Positions 62,661-64,000 of a DNA stretch of 64,000 nt are shown here, piece after piece; position 1 is the stretch's first letter; the number at the start of each line of letters is the position of its first letter. Both the position numbers and the translations under genes were made by a program. The DNA comes from Pavona decussata (lineage: Eukaryota): the NCBI GenBank assembly GCA_977016875.1, contig CDRNST010000062.1, positions 3,906,001 through 3,970,000 of the forward strand, in the 5' to 3' direction. The notes under the pieces are model-generated. The model did no database searches. It saw nothing but the letters and a program-made list of their open reading frames with translations, and was not told where the DNA came from.

Positions 62661-64000
62661 CTAGGAGATTAATATATTCATACTCAGGGTAAGATAGGGT
62701 GCCTATTCCAGCAGGGAGGAGGTACCTAAATTTTTTTTACTTCAAATCATGGCCAGATGGTCATTTTAATTTTTGAGGTACATGTAACAAACTTGTAAGT
62801 AGTAGCATGTACAAAACTGTTTGCATCCATAGTTCTTGATTTGAATGTATTTACAAAACATTTTCAATTTCAGTGGATACTTATACAATATTATTTGTAC
62901 AAAAACAGTGAGCGTAGACATGACACACCCAAGGTATTTGTCATTATTGTTTTTCATTTAGTTTGTTTTACATGAATAAGCTTGCTTTGTTTATTTCTGA
63001 TGATGTTAACACCATTTGTGCCAAAAAGGACATAATCAGGTTTTGCAAAAGTGATCCTAATAGCAACATGGCCCCAAGATGCTATTTTCATTCAATTAGT
63101 CTGGCTAATTAAAACAGGGGGGATGTGTACGGAAAGTTCGAGTTTTGGCTGAGAGAGGGGGCGCTTATTTGAGGATTTTCCAGACATGAATATACAGCTT
63201 GAGTTCATTTAAATCTGCTTTGCCGCAGTACTATTATTTGATAGAAATTTGAAAAATGTTGACTGCGACAACCCTTGTACCTTTTAAAACAGCGTGTCTG
63301 AAAATGTAAGGTCGTTGTAGCCTTGCCTGCCCTGTATCATGTTCTAGTAAGTATTACTTTTGTTTGTTTAGTCAACTGCATCTTTATTACAATGAATCTG
63401 TAATGATTGGCTCCATGTCGTTGCAGGCATCCTGCCAACATAACTTATATGCCATGCAACTAATGTTTTCTTTTTTTGTTTCGGTGAAGCTTATAAAATA
63501 AAATAAAATAAAATAAAATTATTATCAAATTAATAACAACAAGAATGGCATCTGTTGAAATATTTAAATTCAGCTGGAATGCAAGGTCTAAAGGGTGCAA
63601 ACAACAGAAATAACAGAAATGAATAAACATGTTTATCCCGTTTCTTTTGCATGTGTCATACGCAACATTTGAGGCTGAATATTAAAGGGGCACAGGCATG
63701 ACCTGAGGGTACAATACATAAAAAATGGTTTTGGTATCCATCCACTAATGGTAAGGGTAGTTAATTTATTCTTTTCCAATGAAAACTATTGCTGAACATG
63801 TAACAGACAGTCTCTAGCTAGCCTGTATTTCTGGTAGGAAATAATTAAAAGATCATCCGGTTTTTCATCAAGGAAGTTAAAATCAAATTTGTACCACCTA
63901 ATTTTGATAACTCAGCATGATGTATTTTTAGAAAATGTAAAGGACCAGTAAACACACTCAGCAAGATCATCATCCCGGCATGTAAACAGCAGCATGCATA

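Noticed and set aside
62661-64000. Further upstream GARRE1 exon
   Set aside because: No phase-compatible exon with homology was found by eye; the N-terminal exons probably lie beyond the window.

Overview
Eukaryotic genomic DNA with spliceosomal introns and two assembly gaps (41093-41436, 46053-46198). The genes and repeat families point to an anthozoan cnidarian, probably a stony coral; this is an inference. Four protein-coding genes are supported: (1) an intronless group-B Sox gene (4456-5292, -) inside a ~28-kb non-coding region rich in Sox and POU motifs; (2) a two-coding-exon SLC52-family riboflavin transporter (29447-32467, +); (3) a 12-exon C18orf63/DUF4708 homologue (42400-34994, -) with a probable GC-AG intron, a PAZ-like segment, a C-terminal Ku70-like SAP motif and E2F/CHR-type promoter motifs; (4) the last 15 coding exons of a GARRE1/KIAA0355 homologue (62660-49517, -), whose 5' end is probably outside the window. 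Introns and intergenic DNA hold many non-autonomous transposons, including a nested cluster at 42.6-44.7 kb. Most short ORFs in the supplied track are spurious. Homology calls come from recalled sequences and hand-reading, not from database searches.
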